64,000 nucleotides of DNA, taken from assembly GCA_002633005.1 (NCBI GenBank), contig NMRA01000069.1, forward strand, positions 34,203 through 98,202, written 5' to 3'. The position numbers and the translations under genes are program-made. The stretch comes from Phoronis australis. Lineage: Eukaryota > Animalia > Phoronida. Below the pieces are notes generated by a model that made no database searches, was not told the origin of the DNA, and was given only the letters and a program-made list of their open reading frames with translations. Positions 39,620 to 54,315 of the stretch are shown here, in pieces. The stretch's first letter is position 1. The number at the start of each line of letters is the position of its first letter.

Positions 39620-40300
39620 GCAAGTGTCGAATCTTTTTTGTAAGGTTGGTATCACAATCCCTTTAATTACTTAAATTTGAAAATCAACTGCCCTCTCTGC
39701 AGCGTCAGCCAAAATGTCTGAAATCAATGCAAAACTTAATGTTCTTCTAAAAACACACCCAAATACCTGTATCCACTTTAAGATTTCCATGGGCAAAGTT
39801 AAAAGACGCTAATATATGAGACATTAGCCTTTCGTGATAAACATTCGTAATTTTCTTATTTAAGGTCATTCTCCACTCGGTACATCATTGGTGCAATGTA
39901 TCCAACATAATCTAAAGATTGTGTTCAGAATCACTTATCAACGCTACGTCATCAGCATACAGGAGTACACGCAATATATAGCTGCCAATATTAACTCCTA
40001 GTGCTAAGTTTTATATGGTCATGCAAGATCATTTAAAAAATAGGGAGAACAATGTTGGACAATCACCTTGTCTCACTCCCAAATCTGGAGGGGATCGGTG
40101 TGTATTAAAATAAGGTAGGAACTGAACATATATGAACGTGTATGAATTTAATTAGTTTATAGATTTATATATTTCGCCTGTGATATTTATTTTCAGGAGG
40201 CTGTACATTGGGAGGTCACGATCGATCCGGTTAAGACTGACTCCGCATAAAATCCAACAGGTAGAGTATATACCCAAACACACAGATTTATTGAGACCTA
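39620..40300 (-). mobile_element. Non-LTR retrotransposon RT relic (RTEX/CR1-like)
   Basis: Minus-strand broken frames GVRQGD..PTLFSLF and LLYADDVALISDSEHNL*IMLDTLHQ*CTEWRMTLN. Confidence 0.7.
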
Positions 40301-40700
40301 GCACATGAGTTTGGTTTACTGAGATGTAGAAAATTTTCGCTTTTTAAGAATTTTTGCCTGTTATTCCAGACCTCTTTTTGTGACATGTACTTCCATTTTG
40401 CAACAAAATTGGGCGCCGAAGTAGACATGTTTAAATGGATTTTACTAGCACGTATAGCTAGCTGATAACAATTGATTGGTGTGCTTTTAAAGGAATATGA
40501 GTGAATAATTAAATGTCAAACTTTTAAAATTCAATTACAAATTTGTATGGTTTGATTTTGTGTGTCAAAGCGGCTGTTTTGCAGGTTTTCACTGAAGCCA
40601 TTTTCGACCATATTTAGCACTCTGTAGCAGCCACGTTGCACCTCTATCCCATCCTCCCAATATTTTCAGTGTTGCGCCGCCCATGATTTGACCACCTTAA

Positions 40701-42038
40701 AGTAGAATGCCACCCAACTTAATTAGTCCTTTTTGCCGTCTTAATCGGTCTATATCCACATCGCCTCGCATACGGTCGACCTCACCTTGCCAAGAGGTGT
40801 CGCGTTAACCTGTGAGGAAGGTGAGAAACGACGCTAGCGACGTCAGTGGTTCATATGCAGAGTGAATGTCGCTATGTTGCGGTGCATCGTTCCCGCTTGT
40901 CCGAACTAGGCAGCTGCGAGGAAAGCGGGTATATCGTTTTTTTTATTTCTCGAGAGTCCGAAATGCTTAGGAAGTGGCTCATGGTAGTGAAGAATGAAAT
41001 GTACGTTGTAAATAGCAAGTATGAGGCCGTGAAACATCTCCGTGTCTGTGGCCTGCAGACGTCAACAGTGCCTGACGAATGCCGCCTTACCAAATAACTC
41101 CATACGTTCCGTTGTCTGAGCTTGTTCACGGCGCCTCTCTAGTATTTCTTCATTTAGTGTTTGCTAGAAGAAACTGTTGTGAAACAGCTCGATTTCTATC
41201 CCACGGCCAGGTGTTATGGGAATCTTTATTTACATTTACATTACTCAAATAATGATTGTCAATGTTCAACTTCTGTCTTGACGGTGCCTGTGGCCAAAGC
41301 GGAACCTGAATTCGCGGCCCCCGAAGAGTAAGTAGAGTTGCAGTGTCATGGCAAAATCACCAACATAATCACGTGCACATTACTTTGGCTCACTAGTATA
41401 ATATTTTCTTGACTGGAAGTTTAGTTTCCACTGAACTTTGGCTGGTTTATGTTCGTGATGTCTGATCATTGTCCGGGCCCGGACTGGCCGGGATAACGAG
41501 TCAATCCGGCCCGGCCGCGACGGGCCTGATCGAGCTCCGAGCCACTGGCCAGGATAACAAGCGTTTTGTGTTTAGAACTCAAAAAATCACAATTCTAAAC
41601 AACACAGATCTAGGTTCTCCTGTGTGTATCTCACGGAAAATACTCATAAATCATCTCCGAACAGACCCCAAACTCCTGCTACGGACCTTATTGGCCTGCC
41701 GAACTTTGTAGGCTACGGTGTGTCCAAATACCAATAAATCCGTAAGATCGAAATAAAAGAAGTTTTTATTAAGAACTCGGTGTATTTTTAAGGGTTTTAC
41801 ATCGAAGTTTGATGATTTATTGGTGTTGCACGATGACTTCAAGCGATAAGTTGACACCAGTAACCCTTGTTGAGAACTGGTGAACAGACTGCGTGTGAAA
41901 CCGATGACGTCATTGGATAATTTCAACACCTCCGTCTGCCGTCAGGTGTCAGGTAACGCAACCGTACGTGTCGTTATGGAATAGAACTACTCGATCTAAA
42001 TTGATACAAATTAGGTTGTTTTTGGGTGGCATGCTCCT
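40701..42038 (+). mobile_element. Kolobok-like element, copy 2 (internally deleted)
   Basis: TTAA|AGTAGAATGCCACCC ... GGGTGGCATGCTCCT|TTAA; homologous to copies 1 and 3; THAP relic 40846..41097. Confidence 0.85.
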
Positions 42039-43679
42039 TTAACGCTATTTCTTACGATCTTCTTGAGCACAGGTTCGTCACTCAGGTAATTATTAGACTT
42101 ACAGATCAAATAGTACACATTCTTAATGGTGATAGTACTGGGTTCGATGTTGATGTCACACATTCTTAAATCACTTTTAGCCTTTTCACATATTGTAATT
42201 CATATCTTAAGGAAGGCTTGGGTAAAGATATTGTTAGTTTCTAAGTATAAACATGAACATGGAATGTCAAGTAAGTTCTGTTTTACAAAAGTAGTTGTGT
42301 CTTGTTTTCTTTTATAAGTTGCTAATATTTCTCTGACTATTCTGTTACATGTGAGAGAAAACGACTGAAACCATCCGCCTTACCGTCTACTTTACCTTTC
42401 GATAAAGTGAAAAGCAGAGGGAATTGAACCTTTTAATTCAGAAAGTCAGACCCTTCACATCCGTGATTGGGAAAATTAGAATTGTTTTTTACAATGTTGT
42501 TCCGTTGTATGTATGTGGTTGTTCAGTTTGCCAGTTTGTTTTTAAATACACTGCTTATTGTTTATTCTCGAATTTTGTGCATAGCAGATTCTAATCCAAC
42601 TAGCTGCGATTGAAATCATAATTTCCTTGCAAGTGGAACTTTTGTTATAGACAAGTTAACACAAAAAATAAAGCTGTCCAAAGGCCTTCTTAATAAAGCT
42701 CTAAAATAGTCCCACGCATAAACAAATCGAATGCAATCAAAGGGAATACTTCGTTTTGATCGCCGGATATTTCTATAGGTCAACAGGAAAATGACAATTC
42801 GCAAGCGTAATCGGAAATCACTTCAGCTTTATAAAGAAGCAGCACGACTGCACTGTATGGGGTTTTAAAATTGAAGAAATTTTGTGGTGTGAATAACTAA
42901 TGACAATCTTGCCTGTTGAAGAAAAATTTATTCGATCATCAACGTGTAACATTAACAAGCTTTCTACTCACAATGAGACAATCAATGCAGTCCCTGAATG
43001 TAATCTCCGCACAATGCGTACCGAGTTGAAAACTTTTACCATTAGTAAAAAGCCTTTCTTCTGAAAGGAAAAGTTAATGTCACTCAGTGATGAAGGAAAG
43101 GTATTTATACCAGATACTTTTGGTTTTCATTTCACTGGGATCGAGTTTCAATGGCCTACATGTATATAAGCTCTTGTAAAAAAGGCCAGACACTTGGCTT
43201 TCCTTTATGTAACTACATTGAGCCTCAGTAAACTTCAAAATTAGATCCTTGAATGTAAGCACAACATCATATCCCTTGACTAGCTTTGAGCCCTGAAGTA
43301 GACCAGTGTGTTACTAGGTCTTCGTTTGTTTCAGTCCCTCATGTTTCTTCCACACATGACTCATTGCCTATGAAAGGGCATCCTCACCAATGACGCTGGC
43401 TGGTGTAGCAGTCAGATATAGTTCCTCTTCACACACAAACAATGCACTGAAGCATTTCCACATGGTAAATTAGTACTGGTGTGTGGACGGCATGATGTAG
43501 TAAGAGAAAGGAGTAACAAAGCTGGTCTATGTTGCGGCTTGAAGTGGCCTTAAAAACGTCACTGAACCTGGAACAAATATTAAGTGAAGCTGACTCCTTA
43601 TCTTTGTCTTTTATTGACAAAGTTTTTTAAATTTCTTTAATTTTGGTCACTCAATGAAAAAAGATTGTCCATATACTAA

Positions 43680-45175
43680 ACAGAGGGGTAAAGCAATGTG
43701 TTATACAAAACGGTGTAACATCTAACTTTTTCGACATAGGGCGTACATGTAGTTGCAGGCAGTGATCCGTTATCGCCATACCTTTTTATTCTATGTGCAG
43801 AGATTATGGGTTGGCTCTTTATACTAGGACACCGTTAAGGACATCCAGGTCGGATCAGTAGAATACACACTGATGCAGTATGCAGATGATACGGTTATAT
43901 TTTTTGATGGCTCGGAGCAGTCTCTGCGGAAAACACTTCACATTTAAACTATTTTGCAAAATATTCTGGTCTAAAGCCTAATATGGAAAAACAATTTATA
44001 TTTGGATAGGTTCCATGAAGGCTAGCTATCAAAAATGTGCTGTGACGTAAAACTGAAATGGGCAACATCAGAATTCACTTTACTGGGTATTCAATTCTCC
44101 AGTGAATTAAATAAAATTCCCGACATTAGTTTTTAACAAAAAGCTTGGTGAAATAGAGAAAGTATAGACATGTGGGGAAAAACTTAACACTTTTTGGAAG
44201 AATAACAGTTGTGAAATCGATAATTATGCAAAAACTCATTCATCTTTTTACAAGTCTCCCGTCCCCTTCACAGGCCTTTCTGAGCAGCTGAACGAATTTC
44301 CTACTGTTTTATATGGAACGGAAAAACGGAAAAAATATGTCGTAAGATTATGGCTCAATAGTACAATGTTAGTGGAGCTAGAATGATTGACGTGCAGCTC
44401 TTTTATGAAAGCCATGAAACTAACTTGGTTTTGTACTACAAAGCCATGGGCAGTTTTAGCCAATTGCCTGTTATCAAGAGTTTCAACGAATTACTTAATG
44501 TTCGGGGATTTTTGTTTTACAAAGATGTCCCAAATGACTTCTAATGTATTTTGGGAAAAGGTCTTTCAATGTGTCCATGAGTTCAGATTGTTAGTTCCCG
44601 AAAACGATGGTATTTTTCAACCTATATGGTTTAATTCGAATATACTGATAGATAACAAACCTGTTACCAAAAAGGCATAACTCATGTACACGACTTACTT
44701 AATTCTGATGGTTGTTTCCTTAGTTATGAGGAGTTTATACAGAAATTTGACTTTACCCCTCAAGTAACTCTATTTTACGGTCTACGAACGTTATTATATG
44801 CTAGCTGGAGTCATCTGAGAGAGGGAAAGCAACAAGTAATTTTACACGATACATTGAAGTGATTTTGGGAGATGTCAAAGGAGTAGATAAAATTTACCGC
44901 GATATTGTCTCTCAGAATTGTGGAAAAACAAAGTGTCAAATTAAGTGGAATAAAAAAATAATTAAAATCTCCCGGATACTGCACAATGGTGGTACAATGT
45001 ATTTTCTTACATTTATTCATTCACTGAAGATGTTTCTCTGAGATGGTTCTAGTTTAGGCTGGTTCAAGTTTAGGCTGGTTCATAGAATTATAGGTTGTAA
45101 TGAATTTTTATACAAGATTAGCGTAATTGATAGCTCATTGTGTACTTGTTGCTTACGCGAAATTGTTAAATAAAC
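43680..45175 (+). mobile_element. L1/Tx1-clade LINE ORF2 relic
   Basis: Broken frames CVIQNGVTSNFFDIGR, DPLSPYLFILCAEI, LMQYADDTVIFFDGSEQSL, and C-terminal HRIIGCNEFLYKISVIDSSLCTCC. Confidence 0.8.
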
Positions 45176-45190
45176 AAAATAATCACATAC

Positions 45191-45890
45191 CTTTCTTTAA
45201 ATATAGCTGTCCCTTTTCAAAGTCTTGTTCTTTGTATCCGATATAGAAAGTAGGCTTTGACGACAGATCTGCACTGGATAGGAATATTTTGCTGGTTGCT
45301 GCTTGCAGTCAACTGCCTAAAACCAAATTTTGTCCATTCAAGGACGATTGCTGAAGCGATGCATTTCTCCTCTGCACGGTACTATCCTTCAAACCTAACA
45401 ACCAAAGGTCATGTGAAAACAGACATGATATATTTCCATGCCAACGTGTAATATAGTTCCAGACGACATAGGATAGGGATTATACAAATGGATATTTGTC
45501 AAGTACCCTTTGGGGCTTTGGACTTGGATTGTAATGTTATCTCAATAACAAATATCGCGTTGACAGCATAAACATTCAGATGTAACAATCACTGATAAAC
45601 CTGTTAGAAATCATTCCAAACCTTACTAATACTGCATTGATAAACGAAAAGATCCAGAGTGCTATGTCAAGTATCGTAACAGACATCAGTCATCACAACA
45701 ACATGGATTCACAGACTGGCGACTGCCGCGAAGTCGACATCGGCCAGTATATCAATTAACAGGTATCATGAAATAATCGTTAACGCAATCACAAACTTGA
45801 CCTTTTTACAAGGTCATGCTTACATTCTCCCATAGAAGCTCCTTTTTCACGCAATTTCTGGTTGAGTTGGCACTACTGCAAGCCATTTCA
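45191..45890 (-). pseudogene. Spliced SAP-domain gene relic (probably a transposon accessory gene)
   Basis: An exon ending at 45802 (QLNQKLREKGASMGECKHDLVK-AG|gtcaag) joins in phase to exon 45394-45191 (ttag|G FEG*Y...YFLYR...|gtatgt); stops are present. Confidence 0.45.
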
Positions 45891-48800
45891 CCATGTATTT
45901 AAAGGTCTCGCTAAGTCGAGGCTGCTTATCTGTCACCACTAGTACACGCGCGCCCTCTAGTAATGTAAAGATTGTCGAATAGCCCCCATTGTAAATTGCA
46001 TTCAGCTTTCGTAGCAAATATTCCAGTTAGAATCGAATAAATAAATTCTTGAGTTGTGGCTCGGCTCGTCCCTTTATGAATGAACGTGCATATAGAATTC
46101 GCCCCTGAAGATGGGTCCGTTCAAGAATTTGTTTGCATTTTCTTCCGGCAGGGAGCATGCAGTTGCGTCACAGGATTTGTCAATCATAACCCTGTTCCCT
46201 TCTCGGAATTCCGACATTGTTTGGTTGGGGCGTGTGTTGTTCTTATAGTGTTTTGCAGATGATAAAGTGTAAGGCGTATGGATTTCTACTTTCCATTACT
46301 TTGTGATTCGCCCATGTAATATCAAAATATTACGTACTCGGTGTTATTCACCAGTCGTGTCGTAACACATTCCAGGTCATGCACACGTAAGAAAAATGCT
46401 TCCCATGCTCCTTGACATCTGTAACTAGGCTCAGTCATGTGTTAAAGAGTTTCCACCATGACCCTGTGTCTCAAATTGAATTTCATTAATACATCTTAAA
46501 ATCTTTACTAGACTTTATTATACCTGTTGCTAAGAAACAAGGCAAATGATATTTTTCTTTTATCTTTGGTTTACGTACACGTAATGGATAGAAGAGCGTC
46601 TCCGCCGTTGTTGTTTTTACCAGTGCGATACTAAGGAGTTGTGGGGAAAGTCGGCGGAGAGCCGCTTTTTTCAGATGCGAAAGGTGCGTTTGTGGAGGCT
46701 GTAGTAACAGCAACTTGACTAATAACGTCTCTGTGCTCAAATTTTCTAAATAGGTGAAAGTTGCACAGATATGGCATCAGTTTGAGTGTCACGGTGGAAT
46801 GTCAGTGTGGAACAGGCGATTCACTGAGTCGGAAGCCACACATTGTTTGGTACCTTTCAAGGCATTGTTGTTCGACCACACACAAAACGGCGTTACGATG
46901 AAGGACTCGCCACCTTTTAAATGTATTTGCAAATTATATAAATAACGAACAAACTGCTTCCATTCTAGGGCACGTTATGCCAGGCCCTCGACCCCTGCCC
47001 AGATCGAGTGTTACGACAGGTAGACTTATGCATTGTGTTTGGACCGTGCTCATTCCATGCGAATACGAGTGCCCAGATTTACTTGGCCTTTGTCAGTGAA
47101 TATTAAGAGTCACTGCATGAGAACGTCAGGCAATTTATGGGAACATGACATGTCACGAATTTTCAATTTGATATAGTACATATATCACTTGGGGTGAATT
47201 AGCTACAAAAATATGAAAATTAATTTTGTCATTTGTCAGTTTGTAAAAATATAACGTATAACTAAATCGAGTGAAAAAATGGCATAACCCCTTGTGCGCG
47301 ACTGTTGAAAATGTCCTACGTTTCCATGGGAATTAAACCACTTTGCGGGCGTTTAAAAAATAAAAATTTGATTGAGTTATACACAACTATTCTTTTTGTA
47401 ATTGAGAATGCCAAAAATAATTCAGAATGACGTCTTTTGATATTTTTAAGGAACTTTTGAATGCCTTGCCTCCACGGGCCAAATAAAGTTACCAATTTAG
47501 ACCTATATAGAGGCCTATGTAATTCAAGCGCGCAAAAACGCACACCACCCACACATAGATTCGGTGATAGCTACAGCTCTCGTCTTTCACAAGATATCGT
47601 TATTTCCGTGGACAGCACTTTTTTTAATTCTCGAATTTACACTTTAACGAAAGCACTTTCACCTGTTTCATACTGCCACCAATAGAGGGCGGCAAAAAAT
47701 CATATTAAATTTTATTCAAAATAAATAGAATTGCTTCGAGCATTCTTTTAGCGAAATATTGCGTTATTGACATTTAGATAAGAAACGGAATGAGGTTCAC
47801 GAAAACAGGTCACGCTCTGAAGGAAAATGGCAAAGCCAGCGAGCCGCTGGATTACTTACAACAAAGATATTGTCCAATACCTGAAAAGTGTCAACGCATT
47901 AGATCACTTGGAAGAATGGGAGTTGATTGGCAATCTGGCACGAATGAGAGTGTGAGAGACAAAGGAACTGTCCAGCCTGTTAGAACAAAAGTTCGTAGGT
48001 CCGAAGCACCGTATGTGGCAGTATCTAGGTTGTAAGCCAAGGTGTACATTTGCAACCTCAGGAAAGGAAAGGATGTTCACCACTCAATCCCAGGTCTACG
48101 TCAACTTAATGACTTCTCATTTGAAGGTGGGCTAAGTAACAATTCATATTTTTCTCAGAAATCTCACTGTGATTAGTCATACCATCTGAGAACTAGTTTC
48201 AGCTGTGTATGAGGTCTGAAGCAAAGGTTAAATATTTGATGGAATGGAACATTCTTTCATAGTTTGATTTTTAAAAAGGACTTGTGTTCTAATGCTTACA
48301 ACTAAGTTACCTATTTCAACTAAAAAAGTGGTTGCTTGGAAAGCATATGGGATCGGAGATGGGGTGGTTTTGGAGAATCCTGCTTCTAATTGCAAACCAG
48401 TGGAACTAGTGGTTGCGGAACGTCATGTTGAATCCTCATTGAGACCTTTCAGTAGTTTCAGCAATCGAAAGATGAAGATATTCCTGTCTCCAAAAGATGG
48501 CTGTAACAACACTTTTGCCTCTCGAAACGAACTCAAGCAGAAAGTTAGCATGGGCTGGCATGATAAACAGCCAACAGCACTTGAAGATAATCGCTGATGT
48601 GGAGAGAAAGTGGGTTGCCCAAGTCACTGGTATACAAGGCGAAGTTCATGATCTAAGAACATGCTCGTTGAACTCAATTTGGCATCACAAATCCATAAGT
48701 TTGACATATAACCTTTGTTGTGCATTTTAGTCACTGACTGTACCAAGTTGACTTGATAGTCAAAATGGAAATGCGCTGTGTGATGTTCCATATTACAACC

Positions 48801-50293
48801 CAACAAAAAGTGAAGCTGTTGTGGAAAATGCTACTCAACAGCCTTTGCAGCCATGGCTTGGACATTCCCACAAATTTAGGCTGGATTTTTTGACGTGGAT
48901 TAATGTATCAATCAGACCACTCAAACAGCACAACTCTCTCACTTATGACCACAGCATTTGGATTTTGTAAACTCATTTTGTGAATTCACAAAACATGGCT
49001 ACCCATCCAAAAACCATGTCTCCTGGTGTTGCATCCAGCTTTGTTACCTTTAAACACTCCTCACACACTCTTCCCTGAGTCATGCACATGATTCTTAGTC
49101 ACGTGAGTTTTTGAACTATTATTGGTTGCAAAAACTGTGTTTGATTTGTGTGAACTGGTATCAGCTTACAATTAGGTGTGTGAGTGGTGTTTACGAGTGT
49201 TTGACAATTGTTGTTCTGGTAGCCTGCCAATGGACTAGGTAACATATACTATCTTGTTGAGTTTTACATTTCGAGGCGTAAAAATGCAGGCAGCCAGTAC
49301 CCAAACAGCAGGAGAGTCATACAGCACAATGGAGTGGGATCTGAAGTCAGCATAAAGGTCTGAAATAATGGATGAAAGCGTAAAGATGTTTTTGACTGAT
49401 ACGTCCAACGAAGGCATGAAAACTGGTCAAAAAAGCGATCCAGTGAGGTGTTCTCAACAAACGAGAACTGCAGAACACAATCATAGAACTTCTGTTTGAA
49501 TATCTTGAGCAGTATACATGTAGATCGTTATCATCATTGTTACTGTGTTCTTGTTGTGCAACTTATGGTGTGTCTATTGCTATGAAGTAATGTTGCTAGT
49601 GAGTTTGATTCCTTGATATTTTCAGTGAAATTACTTCTCAGGCCAAGTGTGCCTTTAACTGTCATTTCCAGTTTATTTGTATACATTACAAGCCAAACGT
49701 ATCCTGACAAAATAACCCGGAATTCCTTGTCATGACAGCTGGGGCAAAAGTAGAATTCGTGGTCAATGTGGTCTTCCTTTGTGACTGAAAATGAAGGGAA
49801 ACAGGAAAGTTAGTGTTGTGACATTCTGTAATTAGCTGTGGTAATAGTTATTACCAGTCATTTTTGCATTAACAGGACTAGCCAACAAGTGGCGCAAAAG
49901 TTTATAGTGTCCGATTACTTTTGCCTTGTTCTGTATGACTGTTTGCAAGCATGTGCGTGTATAGGCCCATTATGCTGTCATCCTGGTCTTTTTGTCTGAC
50001 ATCTGCTGCTGCATCTCCAAATCCTTGGTGAATGTGAAATTTTACAAATGCGATGACACAAGAGAGTTTTGGGATGTATTTGACTACCACAGGGCCCCTA
50101 GTGGCAACTTTACATCTTCATGTCCCTTGACTGATTTTCATCAAGTTTCGTAAATTAGTTTCAGTTATGGAGACAGCCTCGTTTTCCTACTTCCTGGCGT
50201 ACCTATGTAATCTGCACAGAAACGTTGCCATTGAGATGAGCACGATTGACCCTGATTGTTGATTGGACGATCTCCTGTGGTGCCCTTTAATGG

Positions 50294-50449
50294 CAGTGCT
50301 GTAGGGGTAAAATTAAAGGTAAGTAGGCGCCCAAAGCCCACCGTATCACCTTGAGCACTGAACGTAACATATGGTGCGTAGGCACTACGTTCAAATACCA
50401 AAAGGTGGTTGGTTGCCCCTACCGGTGCCTACGCGCCACTACAGCACTG
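50294..50449 (+). mobile_element. hAT-type MITE, second copy
   Basis: CAGTGCTGTAG...CTACAGCACTG, homologous to 32945-33100; degenerate 8-bp TSD TTTAATGG/CTTAATGA. Confidence 0.8.
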
Positions 50450-52413
50450 CTTAATGACAATTTAAGTTTTCTTTATGTATGCCTCTATATCTATCATGTT
50501 TCTTGATGTATTTTCATGCAATATGGTATATTTGTTTCTGTTGAGGAAACGAGAACAAACTGCTGTTTTCGGCTGGATTTAAATATTCTGTGCCACTAAA
50601 GATTATTATTTCTGGCAGCAGCCTCTCTGTCCTTGAAATTGCTTGGAGGATAGCTCTGAAATTTTGCTCACGTGTTCCTATTGAGATGATCACGACTGAC
50701 AGGTTTTCTGATGGGTGCAATCACCCAGACGCCCGGAGTGGCAATTTGTTTGTTTATCTGCGCCGCAATATTTACAAAGTTCTGTTGATGAATCTGGGTG
50801 CAATTTGATGCATGTGTTACATTATTGAAGAGAGTATGCCCGGCATAAATTTTGGGACATGTCTGAGTGCTGGCGTCCTCTGGCGGTTCTGTATCAATCA
50901 AGTATCTTGATGTATTTAATTTGGCAAGAATGTGACAGCAATTGTCTTGTTTTAGACGAATATAATGTATGCTGCACCACCTAAAGGTTTTTTATTTTAT
51001 ATATTACATATTATTAACATCCTTTGAAGCATATTGCCAGAGCACTTTCCGTTTTTCCTGTTTTGTATGGTGTTGACAAAAATGCAGTGTGATGTAGACT
51101 ATGGTTTCATTTTTACTTCTTTTGATCAAAGATCTCGATACCCAAAACTTAACGTTCACAACCAGCTTTAACCCCCACACTTGTATAATACACATAGGCC
51201 TATGCACTAGAATCAATTTGCAGGTGGGGAACTAAAGTGTCCTATCCATAGCTCGATGTCAACCATCACCTGCGTTGTATAAATTTCCTGTGTAATAAAT
51301 ACTGCACTAATGTGTATTTCTATGTGTTGCAAGTCAGAGTTTCCATGAGTATTAGATAATAAAACACTTAAGTTCACCGACAGCTTACGTAAAATAATTT
51401 GACATTTTCGTAGTGTCTGTATTTTGAATTCATAGCACCACTGCAATTGCCCCTTTTGAAATTCTGGATCTCTGCTAGTGGTTTACTTCTGATTTCCAGA
51501 TTAACCAATGACATTGCTAGCCCTATCTAGTACATTTATGTACATCTCGAACTCATATTGTGTTAGGGATGCTCTATATTCCCGGATGGAATCTTCTGGT
51601 CCATTCTCACCTGAACTTGCAATGCTTCATCGAATTTACGTTTTAGTCCTTTACTTTGCAATCGTCATCACTAAAAAAGAAGTCCCTGTGGTGATTGTAA
51701 ATACAACTGGCTGAAACGTTGCTTCAAGAACTGTTGAGTGGAGGTTGGCGAAAACACTCATATAGAAAAAGCAATATACGTTTTCCGTGCATTGGATAGT
51801 TAGCCAAAAATGTAGGATTTCTCAAAGTTACACGCTTGGGAGCACTCTAAAATTGTTACTTGGCACTGCGTAATGAGTACAACTTGTTCAACAGAAGGTT
51901 CATTTTTCCGACTCGGTAAACCGGTGCGCTATCTTATGAGCAGCAGAAAAAATACTACCAGGAAGACTTTCACCTTTACAGGATCAGTGTTCCCCGTAGG
52001 TAATCGGTACTTAAAAAGTATAGTTAGCAATAACCATTAAATCAAGTATGATTTTTGGCTTGCCTCAAGTTAATATACATTCCTAGTTTTTCGGAACCAT
52101 TTTACATTACTATGCGTCACGCAGACATTACAGGACCGACAATTGCCATCGTTTTGAGGCCGTAATTTCAGATTTAATTGTAAAGTTTTGAGCACTAGCC
52201 GCAAGAATTTCAATGTAACTCAGATTGCAACCTTCGAATAACCTTAACGATCTTGTTGACATCGTTTTTTGTTAGTCATATATCTTTAGAACTTTGTTGG
52301 TTTGTTAATGAGAGTGTGACAGAAATGGCGAACAGGACGGCCGATATCAGCAAAGTGGGTGGTTTCAATCAAAGCATGCAGGACACACAGGTCGATGTCC
52401 ACAAATGTTTTAA

Positions 52414-54315
52414 AGGAGCATGCCACCCAAAAAACAACCTAATTTGTATCAATTTAGATCGAGTAGTTATACTCCATAATGACACGTACGGTTGCGTTAC
52501 CTGACATCTGACGGCAGACGGAGGTGTTGAAATTATCCAATTACGTCATCGGTTTCACACGCAGTCTCTGTTCAGCAGTTCACAACACGGGTTACTGGTG
52601 TCGGCTTATCGCTTGAAGTCATCGTTTAACACCAATAAATCATCAAACTTCGATGTAAAACCCTTAAAAATACACCGAGTTCTTATAAAAGCGTGTTGTT
52701 TTAGTTCGCTCTTACGGATTTATTGGTATTTGGACACACTGTCAGATGTTTGACTGTGGGTTTGTTTAAAAGGTAGCTATGCTTTGAGATTGTGAGTAGA
52801 TGGAGAGTGAATAATCAAATCCAGTAATTAATTTATTATATGATAACCCCTAATTAGACAAATGAAACCTATTGTTAATTAAGTAATCAACTACAAAGAA
52901 TAACTACATTTGTATTCTTACTAATTACTTAATCAATATTTATTCTGACACACACCTTAGGTTACAAAGTTCGGCAGGCCAACAAGGTCCGTAGCAGGAG
53001 TTTTGGGGTCTGTTCGGAGATAATTTCGAAGTATTTTCCGTGAGATACAGACAGGAGAACCTAGATCTGTGTTGTTTAGACTTGTGATTTTTTTAGTTCT
53101 AAACACAAAACGCTTGTAATCCTGGCTGGCCAGTGGCTCGGAGCCCGATCAGGCACGTCGCAGCCGGCCGGATTGACTCGTTATCGATCCTGGCCAGTGG
53201 CTTGGAAACTGATCAGACATCATGAACATAAACTAGCTAAAGTTCGGTGGAAACTAGACTTCCAGTCAAGAAAATACTATACTAGTGAGCCAAAGTAATG
53301 TGCACGTGATTATGTTGGTGAATTAACCACGAAACTGCAAATCTACTTACTCGTCGGGGGCCGCGAATTCAATCGGGTTCCGCTTTGCCCACAGCACCGT
53401 CAGGGCAGAAGTTGTACATTGACAATCATTATTTGAGTAATGTAAATGTAAATAAAGATTCCCCCTAACACCTGGCCGTGGGATAGAAATCGAGTTGTTT
53501 CACAGCAGTTTCTTCCAGTAAACACTAAATTAGCATGAGCTCACACGGCCTCGGTGTCCGTCAATTAGTTTTATTGCACCTAAAGCTGGTAACGCAGTGA
53601 TTTATTCATTGCTGGCTTCTCAAATCATTGGCACTCATGAATACTCCAAAGGCATTACAAATTGCATCTAATGAGACAGACTTTGTTTCAGTTGGTTAGG
53701 ATGAGAATAATTCATTTTGAAATAGAACGCTCAGTAATAAACGCCAACATGGCAACTCGCAATCCCGACTTAGTTAGGACGAGCTAGAGCTCATCAGTCC
53801 CGTCTTCGCAGGTGGATCGTTAAGTTTTACAGGCTATCAATTCGAACAGGAATACAGAGATGAAGAAATACTAGAGTCGCCGTGAACAACCTCAGACAAC
53901 GGAACGTATGGAGTTATTTGGTAAGCCGGCATTCGTCGGGCACTGTCGACGTCTGCAGGCCACAGACACGGAGATGTTTCACGGCCTCATACTTGCTATT
54001 TACAGCGTACATTTCATTCTTCACTACCATGATCCACTTCCAAAGCATTTCGGACTCTCGAGGAAGTAAAAAATACGATATACCCGCTTTCCTCGCAGCT
54101 CAGTGCTTAGTTCGGACAAGCGGGTACGATGCACCGCAACATAGCGACATTCACTCTGCATATGAACCACTGACGTCGCCAGCATCGTTTCTCACCTTCC
54201 TCACAGGTTAACGCGACACCTATTGGCAAGGTAAGGTCGACCGTATGCGAGGCGATGTGGATATAGACCGATTAAGACGGCAAAAAAGGCTAATTAAATC
54301 GAGTGGCATTCTCCT
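52414..54315 (-). mobile_element. Kolobok-like element, copy 3 (inverted, nested in the Sola3-like element)
   Basis: TTAA|AGGAGCATGCCACCC ... GAGTGGCATTCTCCT|TTAA; reverse complement of copies 1 and 2. Confidence 0.85.
52740..52950. mobile_element. Solo LTR (211 bp) inserted in Kolobok copy 3
   Basis: TGTCAGA...TCTGACA termini, 5-bp TSD CACAC (52735-39 / 52951-55); absent at the same site in copies 1 and 2. Confidence 0.7.

Noticed and set aside
42050-43680. Inverted 5' part of the adjacent L1 (twin priming) or a viral relic
   Set aside because: Minus-strand translations gave no convincing endonuclease/RT or viral motifs; left unassigned.
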